From the sequence record MZ443783.1: a DNA stretch of 64,000 bases. The stretch is one strand, 5' to 3'. Each line of letters opens with the position of its first letter. Within the stretch, counting starts at the first letter, position 1. Of the stretch, positions 36,307-44,732 are shown piece by piece. Made by a program: the position numbers and the translations under genes. A model generated the notes under the pieces. That model did no database searches. It saw nothing but the letters and a program-made list of their open reading frames with translations, and was not told where the DNA came from.

Positions 36307-36881
36307 TGGAACAGATTGATATGTTCGATACGCAGGGTGCGCATGAAATTTCTGAGTACGCAGAACTTGATCAAGACCGTTTGCATCCATCTGTGGTTAC
36401 ACGCAATGATCGCCGTGTGTTTGCTGCGTTTGGCGATCCTGTACTCAGTGAAGAATATCTCACTAAGTGGCCTAGTATGCGGCCAGGCAAATTGAAGTTT
36501 CGCAAGAAGCTGGTTATGGTCCAGGAGTTTGTGCTCGTCACGCACGACAAGCTCAAGGCGAGCCTGCTCAAGAAACAGGGCAACGTTCGACAGACAGGTA
36601 ATATCGACCCGCAGTACCTGATCAATGTGTACAATCACACCGAGAAGGTAGCGTTGTTCATGCGTGACTTTGAAGACTTCATGGAACACTTCATGAATGC
36701 CGTTCACCTGTTTACGGTCGCAACTGTGTATGACGGTCGTCTGTTAATCTTTGCGGAGAACGGCGCTCCTGTTATTACCTCAGAAGAAACGTTGGCGATG
36801 CTCACCGAAATCGAGCACTTCATCAACCGTAGTAAAGTGTATCGCGTACATTCACAAAACGCCATCTACCGTACAATCTAA
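36303..36881 (+). CDS. Hypothetical protein
   Basis: GGAG RBS; ATGA coupling. Confidence 0.8.
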   Translation: MMEQIDMFDTQGAHEISEYAELDQDRLHPSVVTRNDRRVFAAFGDPVLSEEYLTKWPSMRPGKLKFRKKLVMVQEFVLVTHDKLKASLLKKQGNVRQTGNIDPQYLINVYNHTEKVALFMRDFEDFMEHFMNAVHLFTVATVYDGRLLIFAENGAPVITSEETLAMLTEIEHFINRSKVYRVHSQNAIYRTI

Positions 36882-36917
36882 CCTGAGCGCTTACGGGCGC
36901 TCTACTGGAGAAACATT

Positions 36918-38354
36918 ATGTCATTCGATCTTCGTCAAAACTTACTGCTTGTTCGTGACGCTGCCTTGACAGGTAAGCCGCTGTTCTATTTCTACAACGC
37001 CATGGGACGTGAGATGGTTCTTACTGGCGATGTGTTGCGTGAAATCATTGATCGTCAGAAAGAAGGTACGCTCTGCACTAACACTTACTGGGGTTTCGCT
37101 TCTGACCCTACGCTGGAAGTTTGGTCGTTCGACGATAACAATGACCTAATGCTTCACCATCACGTAGGCAAGTCCTGCAAAACGTTCCTGCCGTATGAGA
37201 TGATTGAGAGTGCGCATGAAGGCTTCAAGCCAATCAATGGTCTGTTCATCGAAGACAGCCTGCGCCGTATCATCCGTATTCATCTCAAGGCAACGTGCCG
37301 TGAAGAACAAAAGATCACTTGGTTCGCCGATCTGCCTGAGCCTGAAATGCGTAGTATGTTGTTGTCTCTCGGTGTTGGTCCTATGCGTGTGTCGCGTGAA
37401 GACAAAGAAGGTTTGATCAAACTTCATGACCGCTGGCTCGAAGACTTCGACGACAAATACAAGTACACGCACAACGCAATCGGCTTGGACGACAACGAAA
37501 AAATTCCTGCTGACTATCGCCCTGAACGCATTCGTGATCTTACGAAGCGTATGATGGCTAACGGTAAGACTCAGGAAATGATGGACCAAACTCTGAATGA
37601 CCTGCTGCGTCAGTGTCGTATCAGAGGCGATATCCCACATCCTGGTCGTAACTTCAATCGTTACCAATTGACCTGCTACTATGCAACGCATTTGATCTTT
37701 GCGCAAGATGCGAAAGAGAAAATGGTTGAACTGATCGATAATCCGCAATTCGTGGTCAACTTTATTTATGGTTGGTACCCGGACTACACATGGATTACGA
37801 TCAACGAAGAAACGTTCGAGTATCAGCGGTCTCTGGTACGTGCCGCGCTGATCAGTTTGCAGAGTCATGTGCAAAATGAAGTTGGCGTATACAAGATCGA
37901 TCATGGTATGGTTACGTTCGCAGATAACTTTGACCCACACGCAGACGAAGAACCAGAAGATGACGGTCTGGTGGATGACGAAGAAGACGAGATTGAAAAT
38001 GAACCTGAGCAGGAACGTGTGCCGCTGCCACGTAAATTCCCGGTGATGTTGCATCATAACCGCATCAACCACGATGTTATTCGTCGCTCTTTGGTTCAGA
38101 TGAAGATCATTGCGAGCCAGAGCGCTCTCAATAAACTGTTTAAGAAAGACGGTTTGACCGTTGCCCAGCAACACGCAGCATATCGTACAATGCTGAAAAA
38201 TGTTGTTCTGGACCCAGCACGGGACGTACTGAGCAAGCTGTCTGATTCGTCTTTATGTGCGCTGGCCATGAGCCTGACTAAGCTGAAAGACGGTGATGGC
38301 TATCCTCGTGACAATGCGTACCTGAAAGAACTAATTAAACACGCGGTCAAGTGA
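36918..38354 (+). CDS. Hypothetical protein with acidic linker and possible HeH-like segments
   Basis: 478-aa ORF; GGAG RBS. Confidence 0.85.
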   Translation: MSFDLRQNLLLVRDAALTGKPLFYFYNAMGREMVLTGDVLREIIDRQKEGTLCTNTYWGFASDPTLEVWSFDDNNDLMLHHHVGKSCKTFLPYEMIESAHEGFKPINGLFIEDSLRRIIRIHLKATCREEQKITWFADLPEPEMRSMLLSLGVGPMRVSREDKEGLIKLHDRWLEDFDDKYKYTHNAIGLDDNEKIPADYRPERIRDLTKRMMANGKTQEMMDQTLNDLLRQCRIRGDIPHPGRNFNRYQLTCYYATHLIFAQDAKEKMVELIDNPQFVVNFIYGWYPDYTWITINEETFEYQRSLVRAALISLQSHVQNEVGVYKIDHGMVTFADNFDPHADEEPEDDGLVDDEEDEIENEPEQERVPLPRKFPVMLHHNRINHDVIRRSLVQMKIIASQSALNKLFKKDGLTVAQQHAAYRTMLKNVVLDPARDVLSKLSDSSLCALAMSLTKLKDGDGYPRDNAYLKELIKHAVK

Positions 38355-38388
38355 ATCGTAAACATACCTATCATTGAAGGGAAACAAA

Positions 38389-38811
38389 ATGCAATTCGAA
38401 CAAAACATTCTGGTAGTTAATCGTGTGGCTCTTATCATGGGCGATGACCTCGTAGCTAAATGGGGTGAGGCTGCAAACGCCAATCGCGATCAGGCTGCGT
38501 ATGCGACCATCGTTATTCTGTCTCGTCTTCAACAAAAGGTTATTGCTGCCCTTGCTGCGGAAAACCCAGAAGCCTGCTGCCGTCCTGATTTGCTTTGGAC
38601 CGACTACGGTTCAATCTCAACCTCAGGCCTGTTTGTCATTGCTTCCTCTGCGGACCGTGAAGTGTTGAATCACTTCGAAGACCATGACTACCTGAATCAT
38701 CTGCACACAATCAAACGTGTTGCTGAGGAGAATGGATTCACGTTAACCGTTACGCCAGTGAAGCACTTATTCCCATTCGCTAACACTGAAATTCCAGCTA
38801 ACATGAAATGA
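38389..38811 (+). CDS. Hypothetical protein
   Basis: AAGGGA RBS before ATG 38389. Confidence 0.8.
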   Translation: MQFEQNILVVNRVALIMGDDLVAKWGEAANANRDQAAYATIVILSRLQQKVIAALAAENPEACCRPDLLWTDYGSISTSGLFVIASSADREVLNHFEDHDYLNHLHTIKRVAEENGFTLTVTPVKHLFPFANTEIPANMK

Positions 38812-38819
38812 GGTGACCT

Positions 38820-39119
38820 ATGCCACGCGAACAAATTCTGATGAATGACGTTGCTATCGTCCTGACCATGAGCGAACGTCGTGCGTTCTTGGGACCTAAA
38901 GCTGATGGCTTCGTGTACTTGCCGTCGAAAGAAGCTCTCACGAAGTTTGAGGCTCATATCAAACGTTATGGTAGTCGTGATGAGTATGCGTTCATTGAAC
39001 ACCGCGAACTGCACTCTTTGAACTCTGCTGGGATTGTGGCTATCGCTCACGCTGTCGAATCTGACTCCGAGCGCCCGTGGTTGTGGACGAAAGAAGACTT
39101 CCGCGTTAAGCTCTGGTAA
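38820..39119 (+). CDS. Hypothetical protein
   Basis: GAGGTG RBS. Confidence 0.8.
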   Translation: MPREQILMNDVAIVLTMSERRAFLGPKADGFVYLPSKEALTKFEAHIKRYGSRDEYAFIEHRELHSLNSAGIVAIAHAVESDSERPWLWTKEDFRVKLW

Positions 39120-39172
39120 GCATAAAACTGGCTAAAATCGTGGTATCAATTTAAGCCCGACTGTGATATACT
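39113..39172 (+). promoter_or_regulatory. Promoter cassette P8
   Basis: GCA-N7-GGCTAAAATCGTGG; TG-n-TATACT at 39167 (37 bp). Confidence 0.85.
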
Positions 39173-39222
39173 AAAAGCGTAGCGATGCTGCGCTTTTTCA
39201 CTTATGTCTGAGGAGACAACAA

Positions 39223-39687
39223 ATGATTGAAGAAATCAAACCCACCATGTCGGATATTGAATTGCAGGACCAGATGATCGATGCGGCTGCCCAGAAGCTG
39301 ATTGAACTGAAACCTGAATGGGTGGACGTTTGTGCGGCTGCACTTCGTTTATATCTGACCGTGTGTGAAGAAATTGGCGGTCCTATTCCAGAACTGCGGT
39401 TCGTCCACAACTCCAAGCCGTGCCGTCTTCAATTCAATTTGAAAGAGTCGGTGGAAGGTGCCGAGTTCGTGGCGAACGAAATCGACAAAGACAAGCAGAT
39501 GGCTATTGTCGATGAAATGTTGAAAACTGCCGAAGCGTGTCCGAACGGCCACTCGATGTTGGACTTCGCTATTTGCTCTGGACGCCTGTTCATGATTGGT
39601 TATGATGGCCTTGCTGGTACGCTCGATAAGATTTGCTTCTGTGCCAACAAGAAAAACTATTCCATGACTCTGGTTAAAGGTGAATAA
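39223..39687 (+). CDS. Hypothetical protein
   Basis: First gene after P8; GAGG-loop RBS. Confidence 0.85.
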   Translation: MIEEIKPTMSDIELQDQMIDAAAQKLIELKPEWVDVCAAALRLYLTVCEEIGGPIPELRFVHNSKPCRLQFNLKESVEGAEFVANEIDKDKQMAIVDEMLKTAEACPNGHSMLDFAICSGRLFMIGYDGLAGTLDKICFCANKKNYSMTLVKGE

Positions 39688-39688
39688 C

Positions 39689-40372
39689 ATGAAACCTGAC
39701 TACACTCTGCTTAAACGTAGTAAGACGCACGAAGATGTTTTCGCTTTCGTGTTTGACGGCGAGTTGCTTGTTCAATTCAAAGCTGTCCAGTTGCATAAAG
39801 CTCTGACCGAAACGCTCAAAGCAAACTGCATCAATGAAGTCGATATCCTGTGGCGTGACGGTACGCGTACGGTCCAACAACTGGTTGTGCATCATACGCG
39901 TGAGTTCGTACAGTTCGACACTATCGTCCACAACTACAGCGTGTGCCTGATGCTTCGCGCACAAGGCGTTGGTCATTCGCTTGCTGTGCCTGTCGATGTT
40001 CGTTCTATGTATGATGCCGACGGCCTGATGATCAGTGAGATTCGCATTGATAGTGAAACAGTCGCTGATCTGATGCGTCACATTAAAACCACGCCATACA
40101 TTGATCCAGAAGAAGATGACGATGTTGGCGATATGGACGAAGATGATGATTGGGATGACGATGATCTCGATCCGACCGAGTTCCACGATATCGAAACAGA
40201 ATCTATTGCCGATAACAAATTGCAGATTGGCGACTGGGGATATCGCGCCCACGACTGGGCGATCACTCTGACCGACGAACAGGTAGACCGCATTCACTTC
40301 CTCGAAGTCGGCATTGACCCTGACATTGAACTGCCTATTGCAGATGATGCTAAGAAGGACGCATTCTTCTAA
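39689..40372 (+). CDS. Hypothetical protein with acidic linker
   Basis: AAGGTG RBS. Confidence 0.8.
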   Translation: MKPDYTLLKRSKTHEDVFAFVFDGELLVQFKAVQLHKALTETLKANCINEVDILWRDGTRTVQQLVVHHTREFVQFDTIVHNYSVCLMLRAQGVGHSLAVPVDVRSMYDADGLMISEIRIDSETVADLMRHIKTTPYIDPEEDDDVGDMDEDDDWDDDDLDPTEFHDIETESIADNKLQIGDWGYRAHDWAITLTDEQVDRIHFLEVGIDPDIELPIADDAKKDAFF

Positions 40373-40563
40373 TGAAAACGATCAACGAACAAGTCAACGA
40401 ATTGAAACAGCGCGGCGTGCTTATCATCGAAGAACACCAGAAGCATACGCTGCCAGATTTGACCTTCACGCTCGACTGTATGTGTCTGCCTCATACGAAG
40501 CGTGAAGTAGAGACAACCACGCGCGGCCGCGTTGTTAAAATTCGCCTGACAAACATTCACTAA
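40372..40563 (+). CDS. Small hypothetical protein
   Basis: TAATG coupling. Confidence 0.7.
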   Translation: MKTINEQVNELKQRGVLIIEEHQKHTLPDLTFTLDCMCLPHTKREVETTTRGRVVKIRLTNIH

Positions 40564-40576
40564 CTTTTGTGGTCTT

Positions 40577-40652
40577 GGCCCGCCCGTCCAGAAATGCTCA
40601 CCCCCAATGAGGTGTCTCGCGCAGGGGCATGACGGTCACCGGGTCCTTTTTA
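40577..40652 (+). ncRNA. Candidate structured RNA or attenuator ending in U5
   Basis: Nested stems 40577-82/40640-45, 40584-88/40631-35 and 40594-99/40625-30, then TTTTT. Confidence 0.4.
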
Positions 40653-40707
40653 GAGCGCACTACAGAGTACGCTGTACAAAGTAAACAACAAAACAGGAGG
40701 CTGTTAT

Positions 40708-41052
40708 ATGCGTTTCACCGAAGTATCAAAAGACGCACAGGTTGCGTTAATGTCTAGCGCACTTGCGGGAGTAATTGAGGCATTCACCCGCGAAGAAGAT
40801 GATGAAGGCCGCAAGATTCTAGTTCTGGCCCTCAAGCAAGTCGGTCTGACGGTAGATGAGTTCAGCGCACTTATCTCTGACTTGTCGCCAGAAGTTGAGC
40901 TTGAGATCGTTCGCGTTATGGAAGCTGCTGATGCCGAAGCGGATGAAGAAGACGCAGACAGCGAACTCGACACGATGGAAGAGCGCCCAGGCAACCTGAA
41001 CGATGCGCCGAACATTAATGCAGACGGCTGGGAGAATCTCAAAGATGAGTAG
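40708..41052 (+). CDS. Acidic hypothetical protein
   Basis: GAGG-loop RBS. Confidence 0.85.
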   Translation: MRFTEVSKDAQVALMSSALAGVIEAFTREEDDEGRKILVLALKQVGLTVDEFSALISDLSPEVELEIVRVMEAADAEADEEDADSELDTMEERPGNLNDAPNINADGWENLKDE

Positions 41053-41248
41053 TCAAGATGATGTGAATGGTAGAATTGCTGCGGCCGACGAGCAACGTCA
41101 GAAAGAGCGTGAATCACGCTATGATGATTGGTCGATTGACGACCTGCGTGATGCTCTGCTTGAGAATGGTCTTGTATTTGACGGTGAAGACGTAGACGAC
41201 TACAGCCGCGCAGACTGTATCAGACTGCTACTGGCTGATGGCTTCTAA
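41045..41248 (+). CDS. Small acidic protein with HeH-like module
   Basis: YDDWSIDDLRDALLENGL..YSRADCIRLLL. Confidence 0.75.
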   Translation: MSSQDDVNGRIAAADEQRQKERESRYDDWSIDDLRDALLENGLVFDGEDVDDYSRADCIRLLLADGF

Positions 41249-41301
41249 GCACAAAACTGGACAAAATCGTGGTTGTCTCAAATAGCTGCCTGAACTATAC
41301 T
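41242..41301 (+). promoter_or_regulatory. Promoter cassette P9
   Basis: GCA-N7-GGACAAAATCGTGG-TTGTCT-N17-TATACT. Confidence 0.9.
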
Positions 41302-41307
41302 ATATAG

Positions 41308-41505
41308 ACAGCGAGACAACTATCTCTCTGTATGCCTTTGTTATTGCTTGACCGTGTGTTTTTCGATTTTCCCGGACGCACGGTCCTTTTTAAAGTGGAC
41401 TTCGCTGAGGTTCCTTTAAAAAGGGTTCGATACCCTTTGAGCGCGTCGGGCTTTACGCGGTTTCCGCCTTACGTGCTCTCATGCTAAACCGCAAAGGAAA
41501 TTGAA
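41308..41505 (+). ncRNA. Candidate small RNA or structured 5' leader from P9
   Basis: 10-bp stem 41350-59/41376-85 followed by U5, then three further hairpins before ATG 41506. Confidence 0.45.
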
Positions 41506-42264
41506 ATGCCTACTACTTCACGTCCTAAGACAGAAGACAAGTTTTCCCGTGCTCGCGCCGCCAAAAACTCACCTGAGCGTCAGGCCGCGGCCACCAAGAA
41601 AACGCCACGAGGTCCTTCCTCGGTTCGTCCTAAATCAACGGCAGATCGTGAGCCTAAGATTCGTGACGAGGAGCGTGTGTACAATCTCGTACATGCAATT
41701 CTGAGCGCGTGGAAAGCTGATGTGGGTCATGCCGAACACACGGCAGCCTCTGCTGGTATCATCAAAGTGTCTCGCCGTAAGATTGAAGGTGCCTTGCGTG
41801 ACCTCAAGAATACGCGCTTCACTAAGATCCCGACGCTCATTAATGACGTCCTCGTGTATAACGAAGTCTGCAATGAGTTCGGGCAGTGGGTATATGTCGA
41901 GCATGACAGTCCTGATTGGATTTTCGTGCGCTTGCCTGAAAACAGCACACCTGTGATTCGTGCTGATATCAGCTACGACAAGACAGGCAAAACGTCTGCG
42001 TCTGTTTCGACTTCCAGCGAAGTGTTGCTGGAGGACTTTGACGAAGACGAAGAAGATGAAATCCCTGAGAACGTCGAATATGACGACGAGGATGATTCTG
42101 ATGTGAACGAAGAAGAGGACGACGAGGAGGAGTACCAGTCCTGGTCCCTCAGCCAACTTCAAAACTTTGCTAAGGCCGAAGGTTACATCTGCATCAAAGA
42201 TGAAGGTTGGAACGACCGCCAGACGCTTCTTGCTCGCATCCTGAATAAGGGAGCAATCAAATGA
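41506..42264 (+). CDS. Protein with basic N-terminus, acidic tract and C-terminal HeH-like module
   Basis: C-terminal YQSWSLSQLQNFAKAEG..NDRQTLLARIL. Confidence 0.85.
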   Translation: MPTTSRPKTEDKFSRARAAKNSPERQAAATKKTPRGPSSVRPKSTADREPKIRDEERVYNLVHAILSAWKADVGHAEHTAASAGIIKVSRRKIEGALRDLKNTRFTKIPTLINDVLVYNEVCNEFGQWVYVEHDSPDWIFVRLPENSTPVIRADISYDKTGKTSASVSTSSEVLLEDFDEDEEDEIPENVEYDDEDDSDVNEEEDDEEEYQSWSLSQLQNFAKAEGYICIKDEGWNDRQTLLARILNKGAIK

Positions 42265-42710
42265 GTCTGACTATTCGCTCTGCTGCCGAAACTGCTGCAA
42301 TGATCATTGAAAACGTCACTCTCTACTCTCAAGAGAAGGGGCACGAATATCCGCTGCCGCGCTTTAAGATGCCCGACAATGCGATACGTCGAATCTCTGG
42401 TCATGCTCGCGTTCTGCCTGAAAGCTATATTGAGCAACTGTCTATCGAGCTGCAACAAATCGACTGGATGATGCTGCGGTATAACGCCGGCGAGTTCTTG
42501 TTCATGCACTACGATATCCCAAAGAACTGGACGCGACTGAGTGCGAAGCGTGTGGTCCCTAATGACGACCCTGCCGCTGAGTACGATACGTGGACGCTTC
42601 CTGAACTTCAGGGCTTCGCTCAACGTAACGACTTTTTGCAGCCTGACGAAGAGGGCTTCAACGATAGAGCGTCACTGATTCGCGCTATCATGCTAGGCGA
42701 GACCCATTGA
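42261..42710 (+). CDS. Hypothetical protein with C-terminal HeH-like module
   Basis: YDTWTLPELQGFAQRND..NDRASLIRAIM, homologous to the 41506 C-terminus. Confidence 0.85.
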   Translation: MSLTIRSAAETAAMIIENVTLYSQEKGHEYPLPRFKMPDNAIRRISGHARVLPESYIEQLSIELQQIDWMMLRYNAGEFLFMHYDIPKNWTRLSAKRVVPNDDPAAEYDTWTLPELQGFAQRNDFLQPDEEGFNDRASLIRAIMLGETH

Positions 42711-42729
42711 GTAGGGGGAAGATAATCGA

Positions 42730-42876
42730 ATGAACAAATCTAAGCGGGACGCAGAAGACCCCGACATTGCTAAAATGCGCAAGCGTCTGGTAGATGCGAA
42801 AATCATCAAGCCAGAAGCTGCTGTGAAGCTGTCAAGCAATGACATTGTGAAGCTGTACACTTACTACAGCGTATAA
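42730..42876 (+). CDS. 48-aa protein (not in ORF track)
   Basis: GGGGGAAG RBS; MRKRLVDAKIIKPEAAVKLSSNDIVKLY resembles modules in 43042 and 52780. Confidence 0.7.
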   Translation: MNKSKRDAEDPDIAKMRKRLVDAKIIKPEAAVKLSSNDIVKLYTYYSV

Positions 42877-42885
42877 GCAATAATG

Positions 42886-42911
42886 AGCAGGCAGTGAACG
42901 TGCTGCCTGCT
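42886..42911 (+). terminator. Terminator-like hairpin before P10
   Basis: AGCAGGCAG/CTGCCTGCT 9-bp stem; weak U tract. Confidence 0.5.
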
Positions 42912-42917
42912 ATCTGC

Positions 42918-42978
42918 GAAGTATGCAGAAAACTGGACAAAATCGTGGTTGTTATCTGAAAGCAACCTATGCTATACT
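42918..42978 (+). promoter_or_regulatory. Promoter cassette P10
   Basis: GAAGTATGCA-N7-GGACAAAATCGTGG-TTGTTA-N18-TATACT with TG extension. Confidence 0.9.
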
Positions 42979-43041
42979 TAATGCAGACGCAATATCGCGT
43001 CGGCAAGCAAATCAAACAACAAATACTGAGGAGTATTAATC

Positions 43042-44649
43042 ATGGCACGTCTGGAAACTAACACTAACCTGGTTGGCAAAACTATCATCCTGCTGAACGG
43101 CACCAAATCTAAAATCGAAGATGCAATCGCGTCTGGCTATAAAGTGAAGGGCCAGTCAAAACGTATCGCCACCCGCTGCGTCATCAAAGAAGGTTCTCAC
43201 TTCCGCGAAATTGAGCGCATGAACATGAGCCAGCTGGAAGATACTGGTGAAGGTTACGTTAAACTGAAAGATGCGAAAGCGTCTGGTAAGAAAGCTGGCG
43301 CGAAAGAGAAAGAGCCGAAAGCGTCTGGCAAGAAGACTGGCGGCAAAGCTACGGCCAAAGAGAAAGAGCCGAAAGTTCGCCGTAAGTCTTCTAAAGAGCA
43401 AGGCGATGAGTATCAGGCTCTGGCGAAAGAAATCATCAAAGGCGGCAAACGTGCTGCGCCAGTTGAAATCGACGAGATCGATGGCGACCTGACTGATACC
43501 GTTGCTCAACGTCTGGTAGACGTACTGAACAATACCGAAATCGCCAAGCTGTGCGCTGACAACAAAACGCCGATCGCTAACGCCATCGAAGTTGCTTACG
43601 GCGCTGAGTTCGCACCTGAAACAAACGTCATGCAGATCACGCTGAGCCTGCAATACGCGAAGCCTGTTAAAATGCAGTCATCTTCTACGCTGGAAAACGC
43701 CGATGCAATCGCGGCCCGTGCTAAGAAAATGATCGCGCCGAAGCTGTCTAAGAAAATCGCTAAGGCGATTCGTGAAGCGTTCGGCCTGGAAGACGCCGCC
43801 GAGCTTGAAGCTGGTACCGTGTTGTTGTCTGACGGCGCTGAGTTCGTCTTCTGCGGCGAGAGCGCGAAGCACCTCGGCAAAGCGCTGCTGTATGTTGTAG
43901 AGACCGACAAGTTCAAATCTGTTGTAGGCTCTGCGCTGGCTGATTACGAAATTGATCAGGAAGAAGAAGAGGAAGAAGAGGAAGACCTCGAGGAAGAGGA
44001 GTCTGAGGAGGAAGAAGAAGAGGAGGAGGAGGAAGAAGAGGAGGAGGAAGAAGAAGACGGCGAAGAAGAAGACGGCGAAGAAGACGACGGTGAGTCTGAC
44101 GATACTGAATACCAGTATGTGGCCGTGACCAAAGATCATACCAACATGATCAACAAGAAAGTCACCGCTAAGTATCACGCCGCGCTGGCTGAGCGCTTCA
44201 ACACAACCGAAGAAGCTCTGGTCCCTGGCCTCGTGTTGACTGACGGCGAAACAACGTTCGCTTACCTGGGCTGTGATAGCAAAGGTGGTCTGCTGGTCAT
44301 CGACGTTGAAGCTGAGGAGAACGAAGAAGACGTTCTGCTGTATAGCAAAGCCGATATCAAAGAACTGACCGACTTCAATCCTGTGCTGGATGACGTAGAA
44401 GGCGCTGCCGATGATGAAGGCGAAGAAGAAGACGGTGAAGAAGAAGACGGTGAAGAAGAAGACGGTGAAGAAGAAGACGGTGAAGAGGAAGAAGACGACG
44501 AAGACTTCGACTTCGATGATGTTCCTGCCGTTGACCTGAAAGATCTGTCCGAAGACGAACTGCGTGACCGTGTCGTTGAAGCCGGCCTGACCACCGTGCG
44601 TAAAGCTGACAAAATGAACGCGGCTCAACTGCGCAAGCTCCTGAAATAA
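43042..44649 (+). CDS. Multidomain protein with poly-Glu/Asp tracts
   Basis: First gene after P10. Two internal repeats of a beta-rich domain, long E/D runs, C-terminal HeH-like module. Confidence 0.9.
   Translation: MARLETNTNLVGKTIILLNGTKSKIEDAIASGYKVKGQSKRIATRCVIKEGSHFREIERMNMSQLEDTGEGYVKLKDAKASGKKAGAKEKEPKASGKKTGGKATAKEKEPKVRRKSSKEQGDEYQALAKEIIKGGKRAAPVEIDEIDGDLTDTVAQRLVDVLNNTEIAKLCADNKTPIANAIEVAYGAEFAPETNVMQITLSLQYAKPVKMQSSSTLENADAIAARAKKMIAPKLSKKIAKAIREAFGLEDAAELEAGTVLLSDGAEFVFCGESAKHLGKALLYVVETDKFKSVVGSALADYEIDQEEEEEEEEDLEEEESEEEEEEEEEEEEEEEEEDGEEEDGEEDDGESDDTEYQYVAVTKDHTNMINKKVTAKYHAALAERFNTTEEALVPGLVLTDGETTFAYLGCDSKGGLLVIDVEAEENEEDVLLYSKADIKELTDFNPVLDDVEGAADDEGEEEDGEEEDGEEEDGEEEDGEEEEDDEDFDFDDVPAVDLKDLSEDELRDRVVEAGLTTVRKADKMNAAQLRKLLK
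44419..44478 (+). repeat. 15-bp tandem repeat x4 (GEEED)
   Basis: GG(C/T)GAAGAAGAAGAC repeated four times. Confidence 0.95.
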
Positions 44650-44674
44650 ACCTGTAGTATCGCAACACTGAATA

Positions 44675-44701
44675 ATGTACGCCTCAGACAGGGGCGTACA
44701 T
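44675..44701. terminator. Intergenic hairpin
   Basis: ATGTACGCCTC-AGACA-GGGGCGTACAT; no U tract. Confidence 0.5.
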
Positions 44702-44732
44702 CTGACAACTAAGCTGATTGAGGAATCACACT

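Noticed and set aside
41372-41444. tRNA gene suggested by the T-arm-like AAGGG-TTCGATA-CCCTT
   Set aside because: No matching acceptor-stem 5' strand, D-arm or anticodon arm at the required spacing, and no CCA.
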